Under the pieces are notes generated by a model. The model was given only the letters and a program-made list of their open reading frames with translations, was not told the origin of the DNA and searched no databases. The position numbers and the translations under genes are program-made. DNA of 40,876 nt from UHGV virus genome UHGV-0232575. The stretch is one strand, 5' to 3'. The first letter of the stretch is position 1, and every line of letters begins with the position of its first letter. Below are positions 39,043 to 40,876 of this stretch, piece after piece. This stretch comes from a virus.

Positions 39043-40876
39043 TATGAAGAACATTGCAGAATTTAAGAAAGCACCAGAATTAGCAAGTAAATTATTAGAG
39101 GTATTCAGCAACCTAAAAGGTAATTCACGAAGTCTTGACCCAATGCTAGCTGGTCAACATGATGTGGTTGTCATTGAATCTAACAAAAAGTTATCAGCAA
39201 AAGGAAAAGAAATGAAAGTAGTTAAAATGCGCTCACTAGAAGATGGTAGGGACGTTACAAGCTACATCATGAAGTTTCGCAAATATGACTGGGATAAATG
39301 GAAAAATGTTGAAGTTGGTGACCGTTTACTAATTGACTTAAAATTTAGCAATGGTTTTGCTACAGTCAAACCAATTAGAACTATTTCAAAAGGTAATGAA
39401 ACACCATTTAAACCTAGTGAACCATTAACAAAGCAAACCATTTTATTATTTGATATTGAGATTTTTAAACATGATAGCTTATTTGTATTTCGTGATTACT
39501 TTACCAAAGAATGGTTTATAATTAATAATAACCTTGACGAATTACGCAAGTTTTACCTTGAATACCGTGATTCAATGTTCATTGGGTATAATAATGCGTC
39601 ATATGACAACAATGTAATGCGTGGATATTTACAAGGCAAAAACGCTTATCAAATGTCTAAAACTATTATTGAATCAGATAATAGAGGTCTAGTTTACAAG
39701 ATGTTTGATAGTCATAAAACCCCATTGTTTGGAATGGACCTATACCAAGATAATAAAGGTTTTAGCTTAAAAGAGCATTCCGCATTCTTAGGTATCAACA
39801 TTAAAGAAACAGAAGTAGACTTTGACATGGATAGACCATTGACAGATGAAGAGAAAGAGAAAAATATTGCATACTGTAAAAATGATGTTTTGGCAACTGA
39901 AAAACGTTTTGAACAAAACATTGGTATGCTATTGGCTAAAGCAACAATTGCTCTAATGTTTGACATGGATAAGACAGACCTATTACAAACAAACGCTAAC
40001 TTAACAGCTAAGTTACTTGGTGCAACTAAACAAGAAGTTAGACCAGACTTGACAGACCCATTAGAATTAGATAAACGATTAAATATTAATACAAAAGAGA
40101 TTGCAGAAGCATACTTGAATCATGAGTTTGAATTAAATGAAGATGGTAAATTGAATGTGTCATTAGAGTACACAGATGAAGATGGATACACAATGATTTT
40201 TGGTAGTGGTGGTGTGCATGGTGCTAAAGCTAGTTACATTCACATTGGAATATTCCCAATGCGTGACTGGGGTTCACTATATCCAAACACAATGGAACAA
40301 TTTAATTTACTATCACGAAATATTCCAAAGGATAAGATTCACCGCTACGGTGACTTATTAAAACAACGTATGGATGCTAAGTATTCAGGTGAAGAAGTGG
40401 CAAACATTAAAGGTGTAGAAGTACCAACATATGTAATGATTAACGGTATCAAGTTACCATTGAATACTAAGTTTGGTGCCAGCGGTGCGCAGTTTAATGG
40501 TTTGTATGACCCAAGAAACCAATTCTTAGTTTGTGCAACTGGTCAATTGATTATGACAAACATGTATGAATTGATTAAAGGTAAAGCACAATTTATTCAA
40601 TCAAATACTGACGCACACGCGTATATTCCAAACAGTGAAGCAGATGACAAAGCAATTGATGAAGCATTAGATGAATTTGCTAACAAGATTGGACTTACAC
40701 TAGATAAGGACATGTTTCGTGAAATTTGGCAAAAAGATGTAAACAACTACATTGCGGTACAACCAAATGGAAAAGTAAAAGTAAAAGGTGCTATTGGCTT
40801 AACTGGTGGTATGAAAGTGTCAAAAGCGATTGTATCAAATGCGTTCATTAATTATCTGGTAGCTGGTAAAGATTAT
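39043..40876 (+). CDS. Family B DNA polymerase with N-terminal 3'-5' exonuclease (3' truncated by the window edge)
   Basis: Exo I LLFDIEIF, Exo II YNNASYDNNV, Exo III YCKNDV. Pol motif A DWGSLYPNTM, motif B KLPLNTKFG, motif C QSNTDAHAY. RBS GGAGGAATTAGC. Confidence 0.8.

Noticed and set aside
1-40876. Window as an exact circular genome, with the 5' partial ORF being the C-terminus of the 3' partial DNA polymerase
   Set aside because: Joining base 40876 to base 1 creates an in-frame TAA at the junction. The two partial ORFs are therefore not contiguous in this window, although the 5' fragment could still belong to a replication gene in a larger genome.

Overview
This window is a large stretch of a tailed phage genome (siphovirus-like), AT-rich, with a gene content typical of phages infecting lactic-acid bacteria (Leuconostoc, Weissella or Lactobacillus-like hosts). 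It is not an ordinary bacterial chromosome region.

**Layout.** Bases 1356-23523 are a minus-strand late operon: terminase-associated HNH, terS, terL, portal, prohead protease, MCP with an N-terminal scaffold-like domain, head-tail joining proteins, MTP, gpG/gpGT chaperone, TMP with a lytic transglycosylase domain, Dit, Tal/RBP, then XhlA-holin-secreted amidase endolysin. Bases 24014-40876 and 1-1262 are a plus-strand early/replication arm. It contains many small ORFs, a P4/D5-type primase-helicase, a Prim-Pol primase, an SNF2/DEAD helicase, a VRR-NUC nuclease, an MBL-fold hydrolase, a DUF1351 protein, an SSB-like protein with a DDLPF tail, a Dam methylase, a family B DNA polymerase (truncated at the window end) and an NrdH-like redoxin. 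The two arms diverge from a repeat-rich control region at 23524-24013 and converge on a bidirectional terminator near 1340. The window shows no integrase or repressor, which is consistent with a virulent phage.

**Mobile elements.** At least six HNH homing-endonuclease genes and one GIY-YIG homing endonuclease are present.

**Most notable signals.**
- A conserved ~60-nt element sits directly after the stop codons of both the major capsid and major tail genes. Its +1 frame encodes a conserved 21-aa extension, and a conserved hairpin follows. This looks like a shared programmed +1 frameshift (CCC-stop context).
- The gpG/gpGT chaperone shows a dnaX-like programmed -1 frameshift.
- The early arm has many consensus promoters: three identical 40-bp promoter/leader modules, promoters whose -35 box is embedded in a terminator hairpin, and palindromic operators.
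- A family of extended -10 promoters of the form TGnTATAAT plus a TAGTAA box serves the late arm.
- An iteron-like GTGTTCTCTGT array lies in the divergent control region.
- A GC-rich candidate cos site with direct repeats lies just downstream of the terminase-associated HNH gene.
- An unexplained ~600-bp structured non-coding gap separates terS and terL.
- Paired ~65-bp repeats flank the lysis module.
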